Below, one piece after another: positions 1 to 13,180 of a stretch of 64,000 nt of DNA; the stretch's first letter is position 1; every line of letters starts with the position of its first letter. The notes below the pieces were generated by a model, which saw nothing but the letters and a program-made list of their open reading frames with translations, was not told the origin of the DNA and made no database searches. Source of the stretch: Chiloscyllium plagiosum (Eukaryota). The position numbers and the translations under genes are program-made. The DNA lies in contig NC_057720.1 of assembly GCF_004010195.1 (NCBI RefSeq), positions 21,055,943-21,119,942 on the forward strand. The letters are read 5' to 3'.

Positions 1-267
1 CATCTCTGTCTCAGGCTTGCTGCAGTTCTCCACCAAGCTAGAAGAACAGCATCTCATTTTCCACCTGAGAACCCTGAACCCTTCAGGACTCAATATCGAG
101 TTCAATAATTTTAGTGTCTGAGCGCCTTCTCCCATGTCCCTACCCCAATCCCACGCACCAGGCCCTGTCATCACATTGGCTGCTGCCACCCACAATGTCG
201 GCTAATGTCAGCCAGTAATAGTCTCCATTAGCAGTTGTTGATTCTCCCAGGCTGGCCTTTGCTTACT
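1..267 (+). mobile_element. Old Penelope-like element, GIY-YIG C-terminus/3' region (continues at 4310-4530)
   Basis: Translates to ..KLEEQHLIFHLRTLNPSGLNIEFNNF, the PLE endonuclease C-terminus. Split by the younger insertion at 268-4296. Confidence 0.7.
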
Positions 268-3200
268 CTTTTTGAGAGTGTGGTGCTGGAAAAGCACAGA
301 AGGTCAGGCAGCATCCGAGGAGCAGGAGAAGCAACGTTTCGGGCAAAAGCCCTTCATCCAGAGGCTTGTGAGCCAAGGAGGTGGAGAGATAAGTGGGAGG
401 GGATTGGACTGGGGGAAAGGGAGCTGAAAGTGCAATAGGTGGATGGAGGTGGGATTAGTGGTGATAGGTTGGAGTGATAGGTCGGAGTGGATAGGTGGGA
501 AGGAAGATGGACAGGTAGGACAGGTAATGAGGGCAGTGCCGAGTTGGAAGGTTGGATCTGGGATAAGGTGGGAGGTTGACCTGGGATAAGGTGGGGGGAG
601 GGGAAATGAGGAAACTGGTGAAATCCACATTGATATCATGTGGTTGGAGGGTCCCAGGGCAGAAGGTGAGGCGTTCTTCCTCCAGGCATTGGGTGGTTAT
701 GGTTGGTCGATGGAGGAGGCCCAGGATCTGAATGTCCTTGGCGAAGTGGGAGGAGGTGTTGAAGTGTTCGGCCACAAGGCGGTGGGGTTGTTTGGTGTGG
801 GTGTCCCAGAGATGTTCTTTGAACCGCTCTGGAAGTAGCTGTCCTGTCTCCCCAACGTAGAGGAGACCGCATTGGGAGCAATGGATACAGTAAATGACAT
901 GTGTGGAAGTGCAGTAAAACTCTGATGGATGTGGAAGGCTCCTTTGGGGCCTTGGATAGAGGTGAGGGGGAGATGTGGGTGCAGGTTTTTCAATTACTGT
1001 GGTGGCAGGAGAAGGTGCCAGGATGGGAAGGGTTGGTTGGTGGGGGGGCCGCGTGGACCTAACAAGAGAGTCATGGAGGAATGGTCTTTACAGAAAGCAG
1101 ATAGGGGTGGGGAGGAAAATATATCTCTGGTGGGGGGGTCTGTTTGCAGGTGGCGGAAATGGCAGAGGATGGTTCAATATACATGAAGGTTGGTGGGGTA
1201 GAAGGTGAGGACCAGGGGGGTTCCATCCTTGCTGCGGTTGGAAGGGTGGGGTGGGAGGGTGGAAGTGCAGGATGTGGATGAGATGTGCTGGAGGGCATCA
1301 TCGACCACGTTGGAGGGGAAATTGCAGTCTTCGAAGAAGGAGGCCATCGGGTGTGTTCTGTGGTGGAACTGGTCCTCCTGGGATCAGATGCAGCGGAGGC
1401 AGAGGAATTGGGAATAAGCCAAAACCAACACAAGGCCTGACCAGAACATTATTTCTGCCCCTGTTGTTGCTACTTCCACAGCCACTTCAGCCCCCAACGT
1501 CATCACCTACACCATTCATTCCACCACTTCTACCCCCGTAGCTGCCGCCGCCACAGCCACTTCCACCCCCACTGATGCCACTCACATGAACACCGCCGAC
1601 AGAACCACCTATGACACGAGTACAGTCACTTTGGCCCCCGCAGAGCCCACAGTCACCACCTCCACACCATCCCTACCCCCGACGCCTGGGGTGAGCATCA
1701 CATCCAAAAATGACATCACCCTTGGTCTCTCTACTCTCACTCCCATTCCCACTCCAGTTATAGTCTCCACCCCAACTCCCAGCTCCAGCCCTACACCATG
1801 TCCTAGCTCCCAGTCCTGCCAGGTTTTCACCATCCCCCCCCCGACCTCCCCCTTCACTGAGAATGAATGATCAGTCCTCAGCAAAGACCTTACCTTACCC
1901 ACTGCTCCCAAATCAATGAATTCAGCACACGTCGAGACATCAAACACTTCTTCCTCCGCCTCCACCTTTGAGCTTATTTTTTCCATCAAGACTCCTGCCC
2001 ATCCTCCAAGGACCCCTTTGCCCACCTCCAACACACCCCATCCACCTGGACACCCCATGCCAGTCTGTTACCCGGCCTTGATCTCTTCATTTCAAACTGC
2101 TGCTGGGACATTGCCCACCTCAACCTGTCTACCCCCCTCACCCACTCCAACCTTTCACCCTCACACGCGCAGCCCTCCACTCCCTTCGCTCCAACCCCAA
2201 CCTCACCATCAAACCAGCGGACAAAGGGGGTGCAGTGGTAGTTTGGCACACTGACCACTACACCGCTGAAACCAGGCGCCAACTCAAAGACACCTCCTCC
2301 TACTGCACCCTTGACCATGACCTCACCTCCTATCACCAAGCCATTATCTCCCAGACGGTACGCAACCTCTTCACCTCAGGGGAGCTCCCACCCTCAGCTT
2401 CCACCCTCATAGTTCAGGAGCCCCGCACTGCCCGGTTCTACCTGCTACCCAAGATTCACAAACCTGACTGCCCCAGCCAACCCTTCATCTTGGCCTGCTC
2501 CTACTCCACTGAACCCATCTCCACATACCTTCGTACTTTCCTATCTCACCCTGGTCCAGGAGCTCCCCACATAGGTTAGGGACACCACCCATGTCCTCCA
2601 CCTCCTCCATGACTTTTGTTTCCCCAAGCCCCCAATACCTCATCTTCACCATGGACATCCATTCCCTATACACCTCCATCCACCATGACCAGGGCCTTCA
2701 AGTCCTCCATTTCGTCCTCTCCTGACATCCCCGTTCCACTGACACTCTTATTCGTTTGGCTGAACAAGTTCTCACCCTCAACAATTTCTACTTTGAATCC
2801 TCCCACTTCCATCAGACAAAAGGGGTAGCCATGGGCACCCTCATGGACCCCAGTTATGCCTGTCTGTTTCTTGGTTACATGGAACAGTCTATCTTCCGTA
2901 GTTACACTGGCACCATTCCCCACATTTTCCTCTGCTACATTGATGACTGCATTGGCGCAACCTCGTGTTCTCGCGAGGAGGTCAAACAGTTCATCAACTT
3001 CACCAACACATTCCACCCCGACCTTAAGTTCACCTGGACCATCTCGGACACCTCCCTCCCCTTCCTGGACCTCTCCATCTCCAAAGGTGACCAAATCAAC
3101 ACGGCATCTTCTACAAACCCACTGACTCCCACAGCTACCTGGATTACACCTCCTCCCACCCTGCCTTTTGTAAAAATGCCAGCCTGTATTCCCAATTCCT

Positions 3201-4296
3201 CCGCTTCCACCACATCTGCTCCCAGTAGGACCAGTTCCACCACCGAACACACCAGATGGCCTCCTTCTTCAAAGACTGCATTTGGTCGATGATGCCATCC
3301 AGCGCATCTCATCCACTTTGTGCACCTCCACTCTCAAACCCCACCCCTCCAACCGTAGCAAGGACAGAACCCTCCCTCCTCACCTTCCACTCCACCCGCC
3401 TCCGCATACATCACATCACCCTCTGCCATTTCCACCACCTACAAACGGACCCCACCTCCAGAGATATGTTTCCCTCCCCAATCCTATCTGCTTTCCATAA
3501 AGACCATTCCCTCTGTGACTCTCTTGTCAGGTCCACACCCCGCATCAACCCACCTTCCCCTCCTGGTACCTTCCCTTGCCACTGTAGAAATTGCAAAACC
3601 TGCACCTACACCTCCCCTCTCACCTCCATCAAAGGTCCCAAAGGAGCCTTCCACATCCATCAGAGTTTTACCTGCACTTCCACACATGACATCTACTGTA
3701 TCCATTGGTCCTGATGCATTCTCCTCCATATTGGGGAGACAGGACGCCTACTTCCAGAGTGCTTGAGAGAACACCTCGGCACACCCGCACCAAACAACCT
3801 CACCACCCTATGGCCAAACATTTCAACTCCCCCTCTCACTCCATCAAGGACATGCAGTTCCTAGCCTCCTCCATCGCCACACCTTAACCACCCAATGCCT
3901 GGAGGAAGATCACCTCATCTTCCGCCTCGGGACCCTCCAACCACATGGCATCAATGTGGACGTCACCAGTTTCGTCATTTCCCCTCCACCCACTTTATCT
4001 CAGATCCAGCTACCCAACTCAGCACCACCCTCATGACCTGTCCTACCTGTCCATCTTCTTCTCCACCTATCCGCTGCACCTTCCTCTCCAACCTATCACC
4101 CCCACCTCCATCTACCCATCACACTCAGTTATCTTTCCCCTAGCCCCACCCTCTCCCATTTATCTTTCCACTCGCTTGACTCACAAGCTGCATTCCTGAT
4201 GATGCCCGAAACATTGATTCTCCTGCTCCTCAGCTGCTGCCTGACCTGCTGTGCTTTTCTTGACTCTGATCTCCAACACCTGCAGTCCTCACTTTC
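268..4296 (+). mobile_element. Penelope-like retroelement: inverted 3' segment (~270-1416, minus) joined to a near full-length decayed copy (~1417-4296, plus)
   Basis: RT motifs KPADKGGAVVVW, FYLLPKIHK, GVAMG, YIDD and FLDL, then GIY-YIG linker CHCRNCKTC and IYCI..IGETGR, with stops and frameshifts. Flanked by direct repeat gcctttgcttact at 255-267 and 4297-4309. Confidence 0.92.
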
Positions 4297-4794
4297 GCCT
4301 TTGCTTACTTCTTTGTCTGCTCAATTCTTCCCTCTCTCTGGGCTCCATCTCCACCTATCGTTTACCCCTGTCCTCTCCCCAGCTCCATCTTCAGCATACA
4401 CACCAACCTTTTCCTAACTGCAATCAGTTCTGAAGAAGAAGGGTCATGGGATCCAAAACAGTACCTCTGCTTTTTCTTTACAGATGCTGCCGGACCTACT
4501 GAATTTTTCCAGCAATTTCTGTTTTTGTGCCAAGTACTTATTCAAGCCATCTGCAGTCTCTTTGTTTTTCATGGATTCCCCCCCCCCCCCGACTCACTTT
4601 CTATTGCACAAACATTCCCTTTTTAAATGCCCGTGGAAACCCTTATCATATGTTTTTATTTTTCTTACTAGCTTTCTGTTATACTCTAATTTTCCCTCCG
4701 TGTTAAACTTTTATTCATGTTTTGCAGATTTTATATCCTGTTCAATATTTTGACCTGTTATTCGTATTTGTGCAATGATATGCTTTTTAAAGTT

Positions 4795-5110
4795 TAGATT
4801 AGAGTGGTGCTGGAAAAGCACAGCAGGTCAAGCAGCATCCGAGGAGCAGGAAAACCAGAGCGGTGCTGGAAAAACACTGCAGGTCAGGCAGTATCCGGGG
4901 AGCAGGAAAATCAACGTTTCAGGCAAAAGCCCTTCATCAGGAATGGAGGCCCCTTATCTCTCCACCCTAGAGTCTCCCTGCCTCCATTCCTGATGAAGGG
5001 CTTTTGCCTGAAACGTTGATTTTCCTGCTCCCCGGATACTGCCTGACCTGCAGTGTTTTTCCAGCACCGCTCTGGTTTCCAGCATTTGCAGTCCTTACTT
5101 TTGCCTACCC
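4795..5110. mobile_element. Fold-back PLE terminal-repeat (pLTR) mini-element with two hammerhead motifs
   Basis: Perfect 99-bp inverted repeat, 4852-4950 / 4980-5078. Flanked by gatatgcttttt(a)aagtt at 4777-4794 and 5111-5127. Confidence 0.88.
4986..5021 (+). ncRNA. Minimal hammerhead ribozyme motif (mirror copy on minus strand at ~4909-4945)
   Basis: cattc-CTGATGA-a-gggc-tttt-gcct-GAAAC-GTT-gatt. Confidence 0.7.
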
Positions 5111-5769
5111 GATATGCTTTTTAAGTTAACCCAAAAAATCTGCAAGTGTTTTCTCATTGAAATGTTTCTATTCTGTGTATTCTGAAACAACCCCCTCAAT
5201 CTGCCATTGCGTCTCTATTAACCTATCCCTGAATCTAATTTTCCAGTTCACTTTAGCTTGCTGTCCTCATTATTACCTTTATTTAAGTTAAAAATACTAG
5301 TCTTGAATCCACTCTCCTCTTCCTCAAAGTGCACCATATTGTGTTGCTGTTATCTAGGTGCAACATTACCATGAGGTCATTAATTCATTCTATCTCATTG
5401 TACAATACAAGATCCAATATAGCCTGGTGTCAATATAGCTCTCAATCTGTTATTCTCAGAAGCTATCCCAAAAAAATTCTATGAACTCATCTTCTCGTCT
5501 ACATTTGGTCGTCTGATATTTCCAGTCCACATGCAGATTAATATCCCCCTTAATTTTCCTACTTCTCACAATTTCCTATTGTTCCTTCCTCTGTAATCCT
5601 TCTGACTTTGAGGGTACTGCTCAGGGGGGCGCTGTGCAAATGACTCCTTACCTTTATAATTTTGCAACTCTACTGGAAACTATTGCTATATTCTGGTTTC
5701 TATTTCATCCCTTCTAATTCTTCTTAGCCTTTGACCTTTGTAAATATCTTTTAGCCTTCAATATTCAGT

Positions 5770-6445
5770 TCTCAATCAACGTCATGTTTGGACCAAGGCC
5801 GCAATGAGGTCATGTGCTGATAGACTCTGCTGGAAATGAAGCTGAGTAAGTAAATTATTGTGGAGGAAATGTTGCTTAATAGCACTGTTGATGACTCCTT
5901 CTTCACTTTGCTGATGATTAAGAGTAGACTGATGGGACGGTTATTGGCCCATTGGATTTCTCCTGCTTTTTGTGTCCAGGGCATACCTGGGTAATTTTCC
6001 ACATCCCTGGGTAGATACCAGTATTATAGCTGTATTGGAACAGTGGCTAGTTTTAGAGGTTAATATTCAGTACTATTACTGGAATGTTACCATGGCCCAT
6101 GGCCCACATGGAATGAATTGAATTGGCTGAAGGCTGGCATTTGTGATGCTGGAATCCACTGGAAGAGGTTGAATCGGATCATCCATTTGAGTCTTCAGGC
6201 TGAAGATTGTTGTGAATATCTTTTGCACTGATATGCTGGGCTCTTCAATCATCGAGGATGGGGATACTTGCTGGTTCCCTCCTCCAGTGAGTTGTTTAAT
6301 TGTCCACCGTCATTCACCACTGGGTGTAGCAGGATTGTAGACTTTACATCCGACTCGTTGGTTGTGGGATTACTTTGTCCTGTCAATTTCTTTCCATTCC
6401 ACCATGTGGCATGTAAGTAATCCAGTGTTGTAGCTTCACCTGACA
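5770..6445 (-). mobile_element. Decayed non-LTR retrotransposon (CR1/L2-group) fragment
   Basis: ANNRPISLLLIISKV resembles the LINE pre-RT 'NYRPISLL...SK' motif. Confidence 0.6.
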
Positions 6446-6704
6446 CTTCATTATTAGATTGCCGGTCACTTTGTGACCTTCAGTTGTTGATGTTTCTGCC
6501 ATTTTCTCACAGTTTCTCACTAGCTAATATGTCCAGATCCCTCAGGATTTCTAACACTGCTGACAACTCTCCTTTCAACCTTCTTTTCTCTGAAGACAAC
6601 AACCTCAGATTCTCTAATCTCTGCACATACCCCACCCTTGGAACTACTTGTTAACAACAGGAGCCTATATTTATACAGGACATTTAAAGTAATGTAACAC
6701 CCCA

Positions 6705-7554
6705 AAGCATGGTGTGTGAATGGAGGCAATAGCGTTCCTTTTAGATTTTCAGCCTTGACCTTGGTGCTATAAAAATATAGGTTGTTGGTGGTTGCAGAAG
6801 TTACAGGGATGGGTAGTTCTGTCGATGTAAGTTGGAGGTGTTGCTACAGTTTAACCTGTAACCAGTACCTGCTTCAGCCACAGTTTTTACTGATGGATAC
6901 TGAGTTCAGTTGCAGCAATTGCAAACAAGTAAATGACTGAATAGTGTTTGAATAGTAATGACTGAATTCTTACATTAAATTTCCTCTCAACACAAGTTTT
7001 GTTTCTTCACATTGTCTCATGTCTATCTCTTTTTATGTTTCAATATCATCCTTTTTGTCATTTACTTTCCCCCTGCCTTTCACCCTATCACTGACCCTTC
7101 TGTTTGTTCTCTTCTTCAATTCCTCTTTTCCTGAACTGATCTAAAAACTGTTACATCTCCAAGCACTCTACCTTGGACAAAAAGTCACTGCCCTGAAATG
7201 TTAATTCTGGTTCTCTCTCCGCAGATGCTGGACCTTTCCATTATGGTCTGTTTTTACATTTACTATGTGTTGGTCTTGACGCACCCAGGTTCTCTGAAAC
7301 TGGGACGTGACCACTATTCAGTCATTTACTTGTTTGCAATTGCTGCAACTGAACTCAGTATCCATCAGTAAAATACTGTGGCTGAAGCAGGTACTGGTTA
7401 CAGGTTAAACTGTAGCAACACCTCCAACTTACATTGACAGAACTACCCATCCCTGTAACTTCTGCCACCACCAACAACCTATATTTGTATAGCACCAAGG
7501 TCAAGGCTGAAAATCTAAAAGGAACGCTATTGCCTCCATTCACACACCATGCTT
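6705..7554. repeat. Long inverted repeat, ~242-bp arms, ~365-bp spacer
   Basis: 6705-6946 is the reverse complement of 7312-7554, with about four differences. Confidence 0.93.
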
Positions 7555-8500
7555 ACTTGCACATGCACCGTCAACTATTCACTTTTCCTGGCTAAGATCT
7601 ATGAATTCCTTTTCAATTACCATAGAATTATCATATGTACAATTATTTCAGTTGTTTAAACAGGAAGCACATCCCCTCTTTTTCAGAAGGACTCTAGAAT
7701 GATAGTAAAATTGTAGCTATCCAAGTGTCACCACATCTGATGAACAAAATAAAACACATCCTCCATGTTTGTTTGTATGTAGTTTACAAATTGCATACAG
7801 GTTAATTTTTATATCAGTTTTAGTGCATCACAATCATAATGCTGCAAAGATTACACACAAGCTTTATCTTGTCTGTCACAGTAGCTTTCATTTTTGTGGG
7901 TCAAGAGCTCTTGCAGGAAATTTAACCAATTTATTACGTTTGAAGTTTCTCACTTGCAGACAAATAGCTAACTGTCTTCTTGTTTAATTTTGTTTAATTG
8001 TTCCATTATTAATAAATTTCCCTCTTCTCACATTCTGCAGTTTATTAGGACAGTTGTGTGTTGGTACAGTCTTTCTATGTGAACTCTGCAATTCAACAAG
8101 TCAGAATGATTTTCATAGAAGCAGAATAAAATCCAATAGTACCTTTGAGAATAGAATGATGAGTTTAATAGCCTTGCTTTTACATTTCGGAAATATGCTT
8201 TTGTTCTTTCAATACCTTCAGTGTTTTCAAATTCATCCTTCACACACTAACGCATGGTGCTCATAGGCATGGATGGCAATCTATATATATCTCTGATAGT
8301 TTTATGCTGAGCTCTGTATAGACCTGACAAGTTTTGTGAAAAAAAATTATATGAGGTTCACAAATCTTATTCACTATCTCACATAAGTCTTACTGGTTCT
8401 CATGGATTTTCCTGCAGTGCTTTATCCACATATAGTTTTGATAACATCATCAAGATGTCCCGTATTTCAAGTCTGCTTTCCATTTTATGTAATTTGGTAA

Positions 8501-9029
8501 GGGGAGACTGTGGTGTAGTGACAATGTGACTAGCTTATTAATCGAGGGGACCTGGGTTCAAATCACATTGCAGCTACTGGAATTTCATTTCAATTAATAA
8601 AATCCAGAATTTAAAAATTGTCAGCGGAGTCTCTGTAGTCTACTCTCTCAGTTGAGAGAGATGGCTTGGCAGTGGTTTAACCTGAGGGTCACACCTCAGG
8701 TAGGGCACAAGGGATAACCTTCATGGTGACTTCAGCTATTTGTGGCACCCTGCAAGACAAACAGCCATTGAGCTAACTGACCCCCTCCCTATAGCTAGTC
8801 AGTGAAATAACTATCATTACTTCTCATAAGAATGACTCTGTTTCACTAATATGCTTTATGAAAAGAAATCTGTTACACGTGATTCCAGAACCATGACAGT
8901 GTCATCGATTCTTAACTGCCCTCTTAAAATTACGTAGTTAACCACACAGTTCAAGGGCTATCAGAGATAGGCAACAAATGCTGGACTTGCCAGCAACACT
9001 CACATTCGATAAAAGAATAAATAAATAAA
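8501..9029 (+). mobile_element. tRNA-derived SINE (second family, non-HE1) with internal insertion
   Basis: A-box-like tggtgtagtg, B-box-like gggttcaaatc, 3' aaatgctgg..gccagc..cacat..(aata)n tail. Same family at 44721 and 47885. Confidence 0.65.
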
Positions 9030-10605
9030 CACATTTTAATTAATGTTTTCTGCACGGCCCAAGAATTGAAGTCTCTCGATCTATGTATCCAGTTCCAGGG
9101 ATTTTGGATTTTGAGAACAAAATGTGCGTTAATAACATTTAAATTGTTTTTAAAAATCCTGATAACTATTGTTTTGATGTGGAGGTTGAACCCCTCTGTG
9201 AATTAAAACACGCAGAAAATCTCACCTTGCCTTGATATCTATTAAAATGTGAGTGTGTGAGTGACAGAGAACTCCTAATTCCCACTATTTAAGGAAAAAT
9301 AACAATTTATTTTCCTAACTCTAATAGTGAATACTAAACAATGAACAAACGGTACAATGTTTCCTTTAATCAAACGCCTACTAACATACTGTTCCATAAC
9401 ACACTTATTAAACATTACACTAACCTAACTCAAGTCCACACAGTCTCTGTCTGCTGCACTGTCTTCAATCTTCCAGCTGCTGACCTCTCGGTCTTTATCT
9501 TTCTTTTCACTGTGAGTATGTTTTACATGAAAAGGTATCTTTTGACAGAGTGTCTTCTAATTTCGTTAAGAGCAAGATGTTAGATGGGCAGTTCGCTCTC
9601 TGGCGCTATGGATTGATGATAGTTGCTCTCCCCTAATTTTTAAAATGCTAGGTTTATATATGTCCCTGTGGTGCATTAAATTCTTATAAATTGATTGGTT
9701 TCCAGGTGTCAAAACAATAAAATTCAAATTCCATTTGCTTCTGGCATAATTTAAATTAATTGGTTTAACTTGAATTGTTGTCAAAACAGCAACCAAAACT
9801 CAGGTATCATTTAACGGCCAATTGTTACATGTATCTATTTTGAAACAGCCCATCTCCCAGCCTTTCCATTCAGGCAGCTGAGCCTGCACTTCAGTTTTCA
9901 GAAAACACTCTATCTTAAAGTGAACATACATGCTTTCGACTTTGTGAAATTATTTTTCGTGTTCCTTCGAAACCTTTATCTTGTTGTGTAAGGTAATGAT
10001 TCTGAACAGGTTAATGTTGAACTACACTCAGCTCCTCTTACTCTGTTGATGTCGCTCAGTCTTTGGTTGGAGAAAATCAAGAGATTTGTATGAGCTCCTG
10101 TTGGGAGAAAATGTGTCTCCTATAGCTCCTGACAGTCTGAAGTAATTATGCCAAAAGAACTCATGTAACTTGCATATATTATTGTCATACAATAAACTAC
10201 CTTGTTTTGTAAGAAAGTGCCTCTTCTGTTCAGACGCTGCTGTGGTCTATCCTGTACCTTGAGGAGTAGACAGGCCCTTAGATGCAACATAGAAAGGAGG
10301 ATTGATGGCGACAAATTATTTCAATAACGCAGACCCAGAGAGTCACATTCATGTAGAGTGGTAAAACACACATTTCTTTCACAAAGTTTTTATTCTATAA
10401 GTTATGCTTTCTTCACACCTTCCATTAGCTTGCCAGGTTACTCGACCTCATACCTCATAGTGTACACCAAAGGCTAGAAAGTTTCTCTTAGACACTTTCT
10501 GTGGACGAACTCTGAGAAGATTCACTCTATATCTTTGTCCTTTTTGAAGTAATGCATTTATCTACTCCTGAGCACATGTAGACCCAAGGTTGTAATCATT
10601 ACTCT

Positions 10606-10840
10606 GTGAAATAACTCCATTGAGGCTGGTATCCCAGCACCAAGTCACCCTTTATTTACGTGAAGAGTCCTTAGCAGTGATCCAGCTCCCTCAGAGCCAG
10701 CTCTCAGAGTGAACAGAACTTCTGACCCTCCTGTTTATATTTGTCAGCCAAGGCTCCCTGATGGGAACAAGTTAACTGCCCCAATTAGGGAACTCATATT
10801 CTATGCGGTCTACCTGGCTGACCTCGGTACAATCACTGTA
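10606..10840 (-). mobile_element. Possible short solo LTR
   Basis: Begins TGT. Minus strand has ATATAAA followed by AATAAA within ~235 bp. The other terminus and the TSD are imperfect. Confidence 0.35.
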
Positions 10841-11310
10841 CTTAGTAGCTAAACACATAGATCTCATCTTTTACATTTTTTTTTGGATGTTGATTTCACT
10901 GGCAAGGATGGTAAATTATTGTCTATCCTTAGTTGCTAAAAGTGCTTAATTACATCAGTTCTGAGGATACACAAGAGCCACATTGGTGTGAGATTAGAAT
11001 CACATAGAAATATTTATAGCACAGGATGAAATCATTTGCGTCAACATGTCTATATCAAACCAGGTAAACACAACAGTTTCCTTTCTCTTAATTTAACTGG
11101 GAAAATATTAAATTCATTGTATTTTTACAACTATCTAACAGTTCATGGCCAACTTTACTGGCATCAGCTCCTTTGCTAATTTATAATCTGAAATGATCAA
11201 ACTTCTTGTCCTCTGGATTATTTTTATTTCAAAAATATACTTTATTTATAAAAGAACTTATGTACATAGTCCCTAAATCAATTCAGTATAGTAGCAGATT
11301 AAGAAAAAAA

Positions 11311-11602
11311 ATCATAGAATCCTTATAGTGTAGAAGCAGACTATTCAGCCCTCACCAACTCAAAAGGGCGTCCCACCCAGTCCCATCACTGTATTTATTG
11401 TGGCAAAAACTATTGCCAATTTAGCATGCCAAATCGACCTAACCTGCACATCTTTGGACTGTGGGAGGGAATGGGAGCAAACCTGGGCAGACACTGGGAG
11501 AATGTGCAAACTCCACATGGTCAGTCACCCAAGGCTGGAATTGAACCTGAGTCCCTGGTGCTGTGAGGCAACAGTGCTAACCACTGAGCCACTGTGCTGC
11601 CC
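11311..11602 (-). mobile_element. HE1/V-SINE-type SINE
   Basis: Reverse complement of the tRNA head ggcagcacagtggctcagtggttagcactgttgcctcacagcaccaggg, V-domain tggagtttgcacattctccc, and a CR1-like tail. Confidence 0.85.
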
Positions 11603-11609
11603 TAGGTGA

Positions 11610-11740
11610 AGTCTTCACCTGATGAAGAAGCAGCGCTCTGAAAATTTCTGATTTCTGGTAAACCTGTTGGACTATAACCTGATGTTATGTGACTTTTGAT
11701 TTTGTCCACCCAAGTCCAACATTGGCATCTCCACATCATG
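11610..11740 (+). mobile_element. Terminus of a second PLE family with degenerate hammerhead motif
   Basis: cacCTGATGAagaagcagcgctctGAAA...aaacctgttggactataacctg...ccacatcatg. Related pieces at ~17150-17262 and 41182-41315. Confidence 0.6.
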
Positions 11741-12725
11741 AAGAAAGAAACAGAGGATTGATTGATTTGATTTATTGTCATGCATACCTAAGTACAGTGA
11801 AAGCTTTGTACAGGCAAATCTTAGTAAGGAAGAACATACAGATCATAGGGTGAAAAGAACGTGTGGACAGAGTAAGGCATAAAGGTCACACCACACAGGA
11901 TGAGCACGAGGCAGCAAAAAAACCAAAGGCATTTCTTACTTATATAAGACTATTTCTACATATATTTGAGGCACTGGGGGGTCCAATAATTGAACGGTCC
12001 TTCATTTAACTTCAGCAGAAAGACTTTAGAGTGATCTTTCCCCATTGTGTCTGGGCGTTAGCTGCTCCTAGCTTTAGTGTATCCCTCAATGTATAGGCCT
12101 GGACCTTGGAATGTGCCAGTCTGCAACATGCTGTCGAGGTCAACCCCTTGTGCTGGAAAACCAACAGGTTTCAGGCAGACCAAAAAGCACCTCCCACTGA
12201 GTTGGTGGTCCTCCAGGTGCACTCAATATTTGTTTCAGCGTGTATTCTGTGGAACAGATTACAGCACAGAGTCCTGCATCATGGAGCTAGTCTGGATGAA
12301 CCTCGATAAAAACCATTGCATCTCTCTACAGACTTCCCTTACACAGGCACATTCCAGAAAGAGGTGAGTGTGAAGTCTACCCCTGCTCCGTGGGCAGCGT
12401 GTGGTGGTGCAAACAGTCCGGGCGTATATGAAGGATCTCACAGGCAGTGCCTTTCTCACCACCAGCCAACCGATGTCTTGGTGCTTGTTGGAAAGTTCTG
12501 GTGATGAGGCAGTTAGGCAGTTAGGGAACAACCCGACAGGATCTACCCCTCCTTTACACACAGGTTCTTGAGGACACTATGTGCTGACTACTTCCTGATA
12601 GACTTGTGGTCAAAGATGTTTTCCTTTGCAAGTCTCAGAACAGACCTTGGCGATGTCAGACCCATCCTTGGCAACATTGGGGACAAGCAGAACTTGGTGT
12701 TTGTGTATCGAGGGTCTATGCACAG

Positions 12726-13180
12726 TTTGATTTGATTTGGTTTATTGTGGTCACATGTACCTAAGTACAGTGAAAAGCTTTGTTTTTCAAGCAGTAGAAG
12801 CAGATCATAGCAAACGAGGCTGCACAGGAAGTACAATAAGCAAGATCAACATTAGCAAGATCAACATTATTTGAAGTTAGAAAGGGTCATTCATCAGTCT
12901 AATATTGGCAGGGAATAAGCTGTTCTTGAACTTGTTGGTGTGTGTGTGTGTTCAAACCTTTGTATCTTCTGCCTGACAGAAGAGGTTGGAAAAGTGCATT
13001 ACTGGAATGGGAGGGTGTCTTTGGTGATTTTGGCAGCCTTTCTGTGGCAAAGTGAAGTGTAAATGCAGTCCATGGATGAGAGGTTGATTTCTGTGATGGT
13101 CTGAGCTGTGCATCCAACTTTCTGCGGTTTCCTTTGGTCCTGGGAAGAGCAGTTGCCACACCAGGCCATTATAATGCAGC
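12726..13180 (-). mobile_element. Rex1/Babar-like LINE 3' fragment
   Basis: CIIMAWCGNCS..RKPQKV..TAQTIT resembles the Rex1 C-terminus. Microsatellite-like (tttga)n tail. Confidence 0.6.

Noticed and set aside
1586..2058. Pro/Thr/Ser-rich mucin-like ORFs
   Set aside because: Low-complexity C-rich 5' region of the Penelope element.
9170..9950. Possible solo LTR
   Set aside because: LTR-like composition, but no clear TG...CA termini or TSD could be defined.
7560..10600. Possible last exons/3' UTR of an upstream gene (TLCD4/TMEM56 neighbours RWDD3 in human)
   Set aside because: No recognisable TLC-domain peptide found by eye. An AATAAA at ~8011 alone is insufficient.
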